In this document: in pieces, positions 41,711 through 51,408 of the stretch | Layout of the letters: the number at the start of each line of letters is the position of its first letter | Numbering within the stretch: the first letter of the stretch is position 1 | DNA from: Alphaproteobacteria bacterium | GTDB taxonomy: Bacteria; Pseudomonadota; Alphaproteobacteria; GCA-2731375 | DNA length: 64,000 bases | NCBI GenBank assembly: GCA_965225945.1 | Contig: CBDDBZ010000039.1 | Location: 629,458 to 693,457 of the forward strand | Reading direction: 5' to 3' | The notes under the pieces: generated by a model | Database searches by the model: none | What the model was told of the DNA's origin: nothing | Seen by the model: the letters and a program-made list of their open reading frames with translations, nothing else | Translations under genes and position numbers: made by a program

Positions 41711-44671
41711 ATGGCCGATCTTTTCTTCGAGAAACCGATCCTCAACACTCCTTACGCGTTTCCGGCGAGGCACTGGGAACTCGATGGGGACGGTCAGCCG
41801 ACCAACCAGATCCTGGAGACGCGCCGGCGCTCCGAGCTGATCTCCCCGGTGCCGAAGCCCAAGAAGCGCAAGAAGGCCAAGAACCAGGGCCAAGCCGAGA
41901 TCGTCTTCGACGCCGGCGACGGGCTCTCCACCGTCGAGCAGGAGTACAACCGCACGATCGTCAACGAGGTTCGAGGCGCCGTCGATGCCTGGCGTGCGCT
42001 ACCAAACCCGGACCAATGGCAGGTGACGCCGGAAACGGCGCGGCTTCTCCAGCACTGGCGCCATCATCGCTTCCAGGACATTCGCCCGTTCTTCTGCCAA
42101 CTCGAGGCGGTGGAGACGGTGATCTGGTTGACCGAGGTCGCGCCGAGGCGAGGCGGTCGCGGCGCGCGGTTCTGGAAGCACCTGCGAGGCGCCAACGAGC
42201 AGGCGAACCCCGAACTCCTACGCCTCGCGCTCAAGCTTGCCACGGGGGCCGGCAAGACTACGGTGATGGCGATGCTGATCGCCTGGCAGGTCGTCAATGC
42301 GGTTCGCCATCCGGGCGGCAGGCACTTCTCGCGGGGCTTCTTGATCGTCACGCCCGGCATCACGATTCGCGACCGGCTCAGGGTGCTGCTCCCCAACGAC
42401 CCCGAGAGCTACTACCGCAACCGCGAACTCGTCCCCACCGACATGCTGGCCGAGATCGAGCGGGCCAAGATCGTCATCACCAACTTCCATGCCTTCAAGC
42501 TCCGAGAGCGGATGGACGTCTCGAAGGTCGGCCGCGCGCTGCTGAAGGGACGCGGACCCGCTCTCGCTACCATCGAGACCGAGGGCCAGATGATCCAGCG
42601 GGTCATGCCGGACCTCATGGGGCTGAAGAATATCGTCGTCCTGAGCGACGAGGCGCACCACTGCTACCGCGAGAAACCCCAGAGCGAGGATGTCGGCGAC
42701 CTGAAGGGGGACGAGAAGAAGGAAGCGGAGAAGAACTCGGCAACGCCCTTTTTCCTCTCCGGCTCCGGCTATGCCGAGGGCACGCTGTTCCCCTGGACCG
42801 TCTGCGACTTCTCGCTGATGGACGCCATCGAGTGCGGCATCGTCAAGCTGCCCCGCGTCCCCGTCGCCGACAACATCCCGGGCGCCGATATGCCCAAGTT
42901 CCGCAATCTGTGGGAATATATCGGCAAGAAGATGCCGAAGAAGGGGCGCGGCAAGTCCGGGCAAGGCCTCGACCCGTTGAGCCTGCCGCCCGAACTGCAG
43001 ACGGCGCTGGAGGCCCTTTACGGCCACTACGCGAAGACCTTCGAGCTTTGGCGGCGCGAGGGCATCGACCTGCCCCCGGTCTTCATCGTGGTCTGCAACA
43101 ACACCTCGACCTCGAAGCTGGTTCACGACTTCATCTCCGGCTTCCAGCGTCCCGGCGAGGATGGCGAGAGCGAGGCCTATCACGCCGGCCGTCTGGCGCT
43201 GTTCCGAAACCACGACGAGCACGGCAACCGGCTGGCCCGCCCGCGCACCCTCCTGATCGACAGCGAGCAGTTGGAATCCGGCGACGCGCTGGACAAGAAC
43301 TTCCGCGAGATGGCGGCCGACGAGATCGAGCGTTTCCGACGCGAGATCGTCGAGCGCACCCGCGATTGGTCCGCCGGACAGTCGATCACCGACCAGGACC
43401 TGCTGCGCGAGGCCATGAACACGGTCGGCAAGAAAGACACGCTCGGCGGCTCGATCCGTTGCGTCGTCTCGGTCGCCATGCTGACGGAGGGCTGGGACGC
43501 CAACACGGTCACCCATATCCTCGGCGTCCGCGCCTTCGGCACCCAGCTTCTGTGCGAGCAGGTGGTGGGCCGCGCGCTGCGGCGCCAATCCTACGATCTG
43601 AACGAGGACGGATTGTTCGATGTCGAATATGCCGACATCCTGGGCATTCCCTTCGATTTCACCGCCAAGCCGGTCGTCGCCCCGCCCAAGCCGCCTCGGC
43701 CGACGGTCCGCGTCCAGGCGCTCCCTGATCGAGTGGCGCTGGAGATCACCTTCCCCCGGGTCGCGGGCTACCGGGTCGAGCTGGCGAACGAGAAGCTGAG
43801 CGCCGCCTTCACCCCGAATTCGGTTCTGGAACTGACGCCCGATCTGGTCGGCCCCTCGAAGACCCGGAACCAGGGCATCCTCGGCGAGGGCGTGGAGCTG
43901 AACGTCGAGCACCTGCGGGACATGCGCCGCAGCACCATCCTCTTCCACCTCGCCAAGCACTTGCTCTACCAAAAATACCGCGACCCCGGCGACGAGCCGA
44001 AACTGCACCTCTTCAGCCAGTTGAAGCGGATCACGAAACAATGGCTCGACGGCGGCTACCTCAAATGCACCGGCGGCACCTATCCGGCGCAACTGATCTA
44101 TCAGGAGATCGCCGACATGGCGTCGGAGCGGATCAAGGCCGCGATCACCGAGGCCATGGCGGGCGAGAACCCGATAAAGGCGGTTCTGGAGGGCTACAAC
44201 CCCACCGGCAGCACCCGGCACGTCAACTTCACCACCTCGAAGACGACGCGCTGGCAGACCGACCCCGGCCGTTGCCACGTCAACTGGGTCGTCTGCGACA
44301 GCGATTGGGAGGCGGAGTTCGCCCGCGTCGCCGAGGCGCACCCCCGCGTCCGCGCCTACGTGAAGAACCAGAACCTCGGCCTGGAGGTGCCCTACCTGAT
44401 GGGCTCGCTTCCCCGGAAATACCTTCCCGACTTCATCGTCCAGGTCGACGACGGCCAGGAGGACCCCTTGAACCTGATCGTCGAGATCAAGGGCTACCGG
44501 GGCGAGGACGCGAAGGAGAAGGCCAACACCATGAGCGCCTACTGGGTACCGGGGGTGAACAATCTCGGCAAGTTCGGCCGCTGGGCCTTCGCCGAGTTCA
44601 CGGCGGTCTATGAGATCGAGAGCGAGTTCGAGAAACTGATTGCGGCGCTCATCGCCGATGAAGCGGCGTGA
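41711..44671 (+). CDS. res: Type III-like restriction endonuclease/SF2 helicase (BPTD_3080-like), probably with an in-frame deletion
   Basis: ATGAGKT, DEAHH, SAT, EGWD, QVVGRALRR, C-terminal PD-(D/E)xK (PDF...EIKG). Confidence 0.88.
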   Translation: MADLFFEKPILNTPYAFPARHWELDGDGQPTNQILETRRRSELISPVPKPKKRKKAKNQGQAEIVFDAGDGLSTVEQEYNRTIVNEVRGAVDAWRALPNPDQWQVTPETARLLQHWRHHRFQDIRPFFCQLEAVETVIWLTEVAPRRGGRGARFWKHLRGANEQANPELLRLALKLATGAGKTTVMAMLIAWQVVNAVRHPGGRHFSRGFLIVTPGITIRDRLRVLLPNDPESYYRNRELVPTDMLAEIERAKIVITNFHAFKLRERMDVSKVGRALLKGRGPALATIETEGQMIQRVMPDLMGLKNIVVLSDEAHHCYREKPQSEDVGDLKGDEKKEAEKNSATPFFLSGSGYAEGTLFPWTVCDFSLMDAIECGIVKLPRVPVADNIPGADMPKFRNLWEYIGKKMPKKGRGKSGQGLDPLSLPPELQTALEALYGHYAKTFELWRREGIDLPPVFIVVCNNTSTSKLVHDFISGFQRPGEDGESEAYHAGRLALFRNHDEHGNRLARPRTLLIDSEQLESGDALDKNFREMAADEIERFRREIVERTRDWSAGQSITDQDLLREAMNTVGKKDTLGGSIRCVVSVAMLTEGWDANTVTHILGVRAFGTQLLCEQVVGRALRRQSYDLNEDGLFDVEYADILGIPFDFTAKPVVAPPKPPRPTVRVQALPDRVALEITFPRVAGYRVELANEKLSAAFTPNSVLELTPDLVGPSKTRNQGILGEGVELNVEHLRDMRRSTILFHLAKHLLYQKYRDPGDEPKLHLFSQLKRITKQWLDGGYLKCTGGTYPAQLIYQEIADMASERIKAAITEAMAGENPIKAVLEGYNPTGSTRHVNFTTSKTTRWQTDPGRCHVNWVVCDSDWEAEFARVAEAHPRVRAYVKNQNLGLEVPYLMGSLPRKYLPDFIVQVDDGQEDPLNLIVEIKGYRGEDAKEKANTMSAYWVPGVNNLGKFGRWAFAEFTAVYEIESEFEKLIAALIADEAA

Positions 44672-45705
44672 GGGGAGAGGGGAATGGCGCGCGGAACAAA
44701 AAGAAGATCGATCGAGGTCGAGGCGCTGACGCACGAGGAGGCGAAGCGGCTGAACATTCCGACGGCGGAGCTGGAGACCTTGATGCGGGATGAGGAGCGG
44801 AGCCCGATCCAGCTCGCCTACGCGCGGCGCAACCGCGACCTCGACCCCCAACTGGTCTGGCGCGGCAAGGACGAGCAGGACTGGTCCGACCTGGTGGTGC
44901 AGGCGCCGCCGCTCTATATCCAGGAGAAGGTCCACCCCAAGGTCCTGGTCGACGACCTGATGCGGGAAGCGAAGGCGCGTCGGGACGAGGTGGCGCCCGA
45001 GGCCCCAGACCTCTTCGCCGATTTCAACGGTCTTCCCGGCCCGGAGGCGGTGGCCGAGTTCTACCAGCACGACCAGAACTGGTCGAACCGCATGATCCTG
45101 GGCGACAGCCTCCAGGTCATGGCCAGCCTGGCGGAACGCGAGGGGCTGCGGGGCAAGGTGCAGTGCATCTACCTCGACCCACCCTACGGCATCAAGTTCA
45201 ATAGCAATTTTCAATGGTCGACGACCAGCCGGGACGTGAAGGACGGTAAGAAGGAGCACATCAGCCGAGAGCCGGAACAGGTGAAGGCGTTCCGCGACAC
45301 CTGGCGGGATGGGATTAATACCTACCTAACATACTTGCGAGACCGTCTCACGGTCGCACGCGATCTACTAGCCGAAAGCGGATCTATCATCTTTCAAATT
45401 GGCGAAGAAAATTGCCATTTAGCACGAAGCCTTCTTGATGAGGTGTTTGGATCGGAAAATTTCATCTCACAAATCATTTTTGCAAAAACATCGAGCGCTA
45501 CTTCCGAGTACTTATCTGGGACATATGATGTATTGATTTGGTATTCTAAGAATAGGAAAAAACTTAAGTATCGACAGCCTTTTAACTTAAAACAAATTGA
45601 CGGCGCTGGTGGAAGTGCGTATAAGCGAGTTCGTCTCGGTAATCTGACAGACAGGCCTATCACCTCTGACGAGATTTCAGGTGAGAGGCCATTGCCTAAA
45701 GATGC

Positions 45706-47301
45706 GTAACTGCCCAGGTAGCTGATTTCGATGAGGCTGCGGATTGGGTCTCTGGGGGCAGATTTTGTGGGTTTGGGGCGCTGACGGCCTAGATTTCGTT
45801 TGACAGAGGGTGGTTGGTCGATTCTAAGGATTCGATGGATAGGGATGTTCTTGCCTTTTTGTCGAAAGACGAGCTGATCGATGTGGTGCTGGCCCAAGGG
45901 TCGCGGCTCGCCGAGTTCGAACTCCGGCTTGGTGAACTCGAGCGCCGGCTTGGCCTGAACAGCACGAACAGCGGCAAGCCACCGTCGAGCGATGGATTGA
46001 ACAAGCCACCGGCGGGTAAAAAGAAGCGCACCAGGAGCCTCCGTAAGAAATCGGCCCGCAAGCCGGGCGGGCAAAAGGGCCACAAGGGCGAGACCCTGCG
46101 CCAAGTCGCCGATCCCGACGCCACCGTCGACCATTATCCCGAGACGTGCCAGTGGTGTGGTTCGGGATTGACGCCGGATATGGCTACCGGCCATGGGGCC
46201 CGCCAGGTTTTCGATCTACCCGAGCCCCGGCCCCTGGTGGTCACGGAGCATCGGGCGCATCGCTGCCGTTGCGGGCATTGCGGCACGTACACTCGGGCTT
46301 CTTTTCCCGTCGCCATCACCGGCCCGGTTCAATACGGCGCTCGGATCGGAGCCATGGTGGTCTACCTGTCGCACTACCAACTCCTGCCCGAGGACCGCCT
46401 GGCTGAATTGATGAAGGATCTGTTCGGGGCGGAACTGTCTCCGGCGAGCCTCGCGCGGAGGGGCGGGAACAGCGCCGAGTCCGTCCAAGGCGTCGTCGAT
46501 GTGATCCGCGAACTGGTGAAATCGGCGCCGGTCAAGCACATGGACGAGACCGGCTTGCGGATCGCCGGGCGGACCCAATGGTTGCACGTCGCCTCGACCG
46601 CGCGGTTGACCTTCTATCGGGTCTCGGAGCGACGCGGCAGCCTGCTCGGCGGAGTCGGCGGCATCGTCGTCCATGACCACTGGAAGCCGTACTTTACGAT
46701 GGAGGGCGTACGGCACGCGCTGTGCAACGCCCATCACCTGCGCGAGTTGCAAGCCCTGATCGAGATCGAGAAGGAGGGCTGGGCACGCAAGATGCAGAGA
46801 CTATTGCGCCGCGCCTGCCACGCGGTAAATCTCGCCCGGGAGCGGGGCGTGGCGCTGAAACCAGGCCTCGTCGAGCGCTTCCGAGGGTGTTACGACGCGA
46901 TCACGGCCGAGGGCATCGCCTTTCACGAGGCACAACCTCCTCTTGCGCCCAGATCGAGCAAGGCCAAGCGCCGGGGAAGCAAGCCGCGCCGCACCGGGCA
47001 CAACCTTCTCCGGCGCCTTCAGACACACAAGGAAGACGCGCTGCGCTTCCTCATCAATTTCGCCGTGCCGTTCACCAACAATCAGGCCGAGCAGGACGGG
47101 CGCATGATGAAGGTCAAGCAGAAAATCTCCGGCGGCTTCCGCAGCCAGAAAGGCGCCGAAGACTTTGCCACCGTCCGCGGCTTCATCTCGACCGCCAGAA
47201 AACAGGGCTGGAACATCATCCAGGCGCTCATGGAAAATCCCGAAACCCTGATCGAGCGTCTCCACGCCGCCTAAAAGGCCACCATGTACCTGGGCAGTTA
47301 C
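45706..47301 (+). mobile_element. IS66-family element, TnpC only (ISBst12-group-like), 1596 bp
   Basis: Perfect 15-bp IR GTAACTGCCCAGGTA; 8-bp TSD AAAGATGC (45698-45705 and 47302-47309). Confidence 0.95.
45814..47274 (+). CDS. IS66 transposase TnpC
   Basis: NSTNSGKPPSSD, GGQKGHKG, C4 zinc finger, DET, CNAHHLREL, TNNQAEQD.RMMK. Confidence 0.95.
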   Translation: MVDSKDSMDRDVLAFLSKDELIDVVLAQGSRLAEFELRLGELERRLGLNSTNSGKPPSSDGLNKPPAGKKKRTRSLRKKSARKPGGQKGHKGETLRQVADPDATVDHYPETCQWCGSGLTPDMATGHGARQVFDLPEPRPLVVTEHRAHRCRCGHCGTYTRASFPVAITGPVQYGARIGAMVVYLSHYQLLPEDRLAELMKDLFGAELSPASLARRGGNSAESVQGVVDVIRELVKSAPVKHMDETGLRIAGRTQWLHVASTARLTFYRVSERRGSLLGGVGGIVVHDHWKPYFTMEGVRHALCNAHHLRELQALIEIEKEGWARKMQRLLRRACHAVNLARERGVALKPGLVERFRGCYDAITAEGIAFHEAQPPLAPRSSKAKRRGSKPRRTGHNLLRRLQTHKEDALRFLINFAVPFTNNQAEQDGRMMKVKQKISGGFRSQKGAEDFATVRGFISTARKQGWNIIQALMENPETLIERLHAA

Positions 47302-47419
47302 AAAGATGCAAGAATATTTCGAATCGATAATCTGACGAGTCAAAGTGTAGGTCGTGATAAGGGAGAAGGTGCTGCGTCATGGTTTCCAGTTGAATTTCAC
47401 GGGCGCACACTTCGACCAT

Positions 47420-47487
47420 CAGAGAAAGTTCGGTGGAAAACGAATGAACTTGGCAGAGAAAGTTCGGTGGAAAACGAATGAACTTGG
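47420..47487 (+). repeat. Perfect 34-bp tandem duplication inside mod (frameshift)
   Basis: CAGAGAAAGTTCGGTGGAAAACGAATGAACTTGG x2. Confidence 0.95.
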
Positions 47488-47634
47488 CATGAGTCGTCTT
47501 GCTATGGCAGGAAGACTAAGTGCGACGAATAATGGTCTATATTACGTTCGATATTTTGATGATTTTCTCGCTTTTCAAGAAGATAATATTTGGAGTGATA
47601 CGGGTATAGCTGGATTTACTTCCGAAAAAAAATA

Positions 47635-48659
47635 GGCTCAATTCGTGAATTGTATGCGTCACCTTGTTACGGCGGCGGCGAGGCAGGCTCGGTCATTGGC
47701 GCCGGGGGCGAGGCCGACGAGGTGGAACCAGCTCAGGTAGTTGTCCAGATAGCGGGTGGCGATGCCGCGGCGGGGACGCAGGAAGTCCTTCAACCGGCTG
47801 TGGCGGCTGTTCACCGTCTGCACATGCAGATCGCCCCGAACCCGTTCCCCCATCGAGCGGTTGAGTGCTTCGTGGCTCACCCCGAGCGCGGCGGCGCACG
47901 GTGGGTAGCTCGCGCCGCCGTCGGAGACCAGCAGGGCGTCCTTCGCGACCACCGGGTCGAGGGCAGCCGTGAGCGCCGCCGCATCGACCCTGGGCAGCAC
48001 CGCGCTGACCGTCGTTCCGCTCTGGTCCGCCGCCATGAGAACCGGTACCTGCTCGCGCGAGAGGCCGCGCTTCTTCGCCTTGCCGCCCCGCCGCCGTGCC
48101 TTGCGCCCCAGCCCGCGCGCGCCCTTCCGGCTCTCCAGGACGTAGGTCTCGTCCGCTTCCACGATCCCCTTGAGCACCTCCGAATCGCTCCGCGCCGCCG
48201 CCAGAAACCGGTGACGCCAGCGGAACGCCGTGCTCACCGCCACGTCGCAGCGCGCCGCCGACGCCTTCACCGTCTCCCCCTTCGCCAGCGACGCCCCGAA
48301 CGACAGCCAGCGTTCCTTGTGGTGCAAGCCCGACAGCGGCGTACCGCTCAGCGCGTTGAAGGTCCTGCCGCAGCCCTTGCACTGGTAGCGCCGCAGACCC
48401 CGCGCCATACCGCGCGAAACCGCCCCTTCGCTCGCGCAGTGCGGACAGCGCCGGGCCTCGTCCACACCAAGCTCGATCGCGGCCTTCGATGCCTCGCCCT
48501 CGCTCCGGCCCGACAGCACCGCGAGCGCCTCGCGCCGCTGCGCGCGCGTCAGCCCGCGCGCCGCCGAAAGCCACACCTGGAAACCCTTGCCGTCCATAAC
48601 CCAACCTCCTGACGTTGCAGGCACTCTATCACTAATGCATACAATTCACGAATTGAGCC
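47635..48659 (-). mobile_element. IS1595-family element, 1025 bp
   Basis: Perfect 23-bp IR GGCTCAATTCGTGAATTGTATGC; 8-bp TSD AAAAAATA (47627-47634 and 48660-48667). Confidence 0.95.
47659..48597 (-). CDS. IS1595 transposase
   Basis: CPHC...CKGC zinc ribbon, HTH, EADETY, SDG, HVQTVN, YLDNYL. Confidence 0.93.
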   Translation of the reverse strand: MDGKGFQVWLSAARGLTRAQRREALAVLSGRSEGEASKAAIELGVDEARRCPHCASEGAVSRGMARGLRRYQCKGCGRTFNALSGTPLSGLHHKERWLSFGASLAKGETVKASAARCDVAVSTAFRWRHRFLAAARSDSEVLKGIVEADETYVLESRKGARGLGRKARRRGGKAKKRGLSREQVPVLMAADQSGTTVSAVLPRVDAAALTAALDPVVAKDALLVSDGGASYPPCAAALGVSHEALNRSMGERVRGDLHVQTVNSRHSRLKDFLRPRRGIATRYLDNYLSWFHLVGLAPGANDRACLAAAVTR

Positions 48660-49628
48660 AAAAAATATGTAGTCGAAACCTCGGAAAAGGTAATACAACG
48701 CTGCATCCTCATGACTACCGACCCCGGCGATCTGGTGCTCGATCCGACCTGCGGCTCCGGCACCACCGCCTACGTTGCCGAGCAGTGGGGGCGGCGGTGG
48801 ATCACGATTGACACCTCGCGAGTGGCGTTGGCGCTGGCCAGGGCGCGGGTTATGGGGGCGCGGTATCCCTATTATCTGCTGGCCGACAGCGCGCAAGGTC
48901 AGCGCAAGGAGGCGGAGGTGACGCGGAAGCCGCCCTCGGAGGCGCCGACCCGAGGCGATATCCGCCAGGGCTTCGTCTACGAGCGTGTACCGCACATCAC
49001 GCTCAAGGCCATCGTCAACAACGCCGAGATCGACGTCATCTGGGAAAAGGCCCAGGAGACGCTGGAACCGCTCCGCGCCGACATGAACGCCGCCCTCGGT
49101 ACGTCTTGGGAGGAATGGGAGATCCCTCATAGCCTTTCCGAAGTCAAACAATTGACCGGCAAAGGTGAATATAGGATGGGAGTGGATATTGGGGCAGACT
49201 CGAATGCGGTCGCCGAAATCAGGGACAAAGTCGCGGACCTCCACGCCCGCTGGTGGGAGGCGCGGATCGAGCGGCAGCGGGAAATCGACGCCTCCATCGC
49301 CGCCAAGGCGGATTACGAGTACCTCTATGACAAGCCCTACCACGACAACGCCCGCGTCCGCGTCGCCGGTCCCTTCACGGTCGAGAGCCTGTCGCCGCAT
49401 CGGGTCGTCGCCGTCGACCAGGACGATGAGCTGGTCGAAGTCGTCGATGCCGCCGAGGGCAAGCGCGTCGCCACCGAGCGAAGCAACGGCGAGACCGACT
49501 TCGCGACCGTGATGCTCGACCAGCTCAGAATTGCCGGCGTGCAGCAGGCGCACAAGGAAGACCGCATCGCCTTCACCTCGGTCACCGGCTGGCCCGGCAA
49601 CTTCATCTGCGCCGAGGGCCGCTATAGG

Positions 49629-49784
49629 GAGCAAGAGGCGCGGAGCGGCGCAGCCGCGACAGGGAACGAACAAGAGGCGGGGAGCGGCGAAGCCGCGACC
49701 GGGATGGAGCAAGAGGCGGCGAGCGGCGCAGCCGCGACAGGGAACGAACAAGAGGCGGCGAGCGGCGCAGCCGCGACAGGGAAC
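49629..49784 (+). repeat. Four 39-bp in-frame tandem units with an internal palindrome, inside mod
   Basis: Encodes EQEA(R/G/A)SG(A/E)AATG(N/M) x4; each unit contains GCGGC-G(C/A)A-GCCGC. Confidence 0.93.
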
Positions 49785-50407
49785 GGCAAAGAGCGCAAGG
49801 CCGGCATCTTCATCGGCCCGGAGTTCGGCACCGTGGCCCGCCCCGACCTGGTGGCGGCGGCGCGCGAGGCGGCGGACGCCGGCTTCGACGTGCTGATCGC
49901 CTGCGCCTTCAACTTCGACGCCCACTCGGCCGAGTTCGACAAGCTGGGCCGCGTCCCGGTCTTGAAGGCGCGGATGAACGCCGACTTGCACATGGCGGAC
50001 GAATTGAAAAACACCGGCACCGGAAATCTGTTCGTGATCTTCGGCGAACCCGATATCGAGATCGAGGACGTGGGCGACGATCGGCTGCGGGTAAAAATCC
50101 GGGGCGTCGACGTGTTCCATCCCCAGAGCGGCGAGATCGAATCGAGCGGCCCCGACGGCATCGCCTGCTGGTTCATCGACACCGATTACAACGAGGAGAG
50201 TTTCTTCGTCCGCCACGCCTATTTCCTCGGCGCCGCCGACCCCTACAAGGCGCTGAAGACGACGCTGAAGGCCGAGATCGACGCGGAAGCCTGGGAGAGC
50301 CTGCACTCCGACACCTCCCGCCCCTTCCCCAAGCCCACCACCGGCCGCATCGCCGTCAAGGTCATCAACCACCTGGGCGACGAGGTGATGAAGGTGTTTG
50401 GAGTGGG

Positions 50408-51403
50408 GTGATGACTTCAGAACAAGCGGCATGTCTGATTTGGGGAACGCCGGCTAAAACTCTGCCAACAGCACGTGACGGTCAAAAAGTGGCTTCGCCG
50501 CGCGCTGCTGGTTGCTATTACATTAGCGGCACTGCTCAAGCTACGCTCAACGCATGGGGCGAAACAAACAAAACTCTTATCACCTCCTGGCTAGTCGAAC
50601 AGAGACGACTCGGTGTACTATGTCCCGATATAACAAGCACGACGCTGAACAATATCAAGAGGAGGCGCTCGCTCTCCGTTCATGAGCGGGCGGATAATCT
50701 ACTACGATACTTGGACGCTAAGAGCGATATACTGGGTAATATCGTGAAACTTTATGCCTTGGATAATAGCAACGATCAGAAAACTGCGTTCGAGTTAATG
50801 GCTTGGACTGAATCGCGCCAAATTTCCGAAGTAAAGACACTTGCCGAGTATTGCAGTGAGGAAGGGTGGATTCAACACCGCGCCACAGAGCGATCGGGCT
50901 CATCAAAGAACACAATTCATGAGCTAATGCTCAGGCCACTCGGCTATGCCCGTCTTGCCGAGCTTGACAGCATGAATTCTGATTCAAAACAGGCCTTCGT
51001 AGCCATGTGGTTCGACGACACGATGAAGGACGCCTACGATCAGGGCATATCTCCAGCCATCGAAGATGCTGGATACCGAGCCGTTCGCATCGACCAAAAG
51101 GATCACAATAACAAGATAGATGACGAAATCATCGCCGAGATCCGAAGATCTCGTTTTCTCGTCGCTGATTTTACATAAGGAGATTCTGGCGCACGCGGAG
51201 GCGTATACTACGAAGCTGGATTTGCTCATGGGCTCGGGATTCCGGTGATTTTCATTTGCCGCCAGAATGCTATTTGTAACGTCCATTTCGATACTCGCCA
51301 ATACAATCACATCCTCTGGGAAGACCAAAGTGATTTACGTGACAAGCTGGTCAAACGCATCTCGGCCACGATCGGCGACGGCCCTGACAAAAGTCGAAAT
51401 TAA
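50408..51403 (+). pseudogene. Protein with C-terminal nucleoside 2-deoxyribosyltransferase/TIR-like domain, premature stop at 51176-51178
   Basis: QAFVAMWF..AGY.AVRID..IIAEIRRSRFLVADFT*GDSGARGGVYYEAGFAHGLGIPVI..HFDTRQYNHI; frame continues to TAA at 51403; low GC. Confidence 0.85.
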
Positions 51404-51408
51404 AGTCC

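Larger units (their letters stand above)
44684..50411 (+). pseudogene. mod: Type III-like adenine methyltransferase Mod, interrupted by IS66, a 34-bp duplication and IS1595
   Basis: DPPY in the 5' part and DPTCGSGTT in the 3' part; removing both IS (plus one TSD copy each) and one duplicate copy restores a continuous frame (..PKDA|RIFRID.., ..SEKK|YVVETS..). Confidence 0.92.

Noticed and set aside
44684-45709. Treating 44684-45709, 47284-47481, 47354-47635 and 48711-50411 as separate genes
   Set aside because: They are fragments of a single mod gene and rejoin in frame after removing the IS elements and the duplication
47420-47487. Possible mini-CRISPR or att site
   Set aside because: Direct head-to-tail duplication of mod coding sequence with no spacer and no integrase nearby
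49629-49784. Possible CRISPR array
   Set aside because: Units are contiguous with no unique spacers, lie in frame in a CDS, and there are no cas genes
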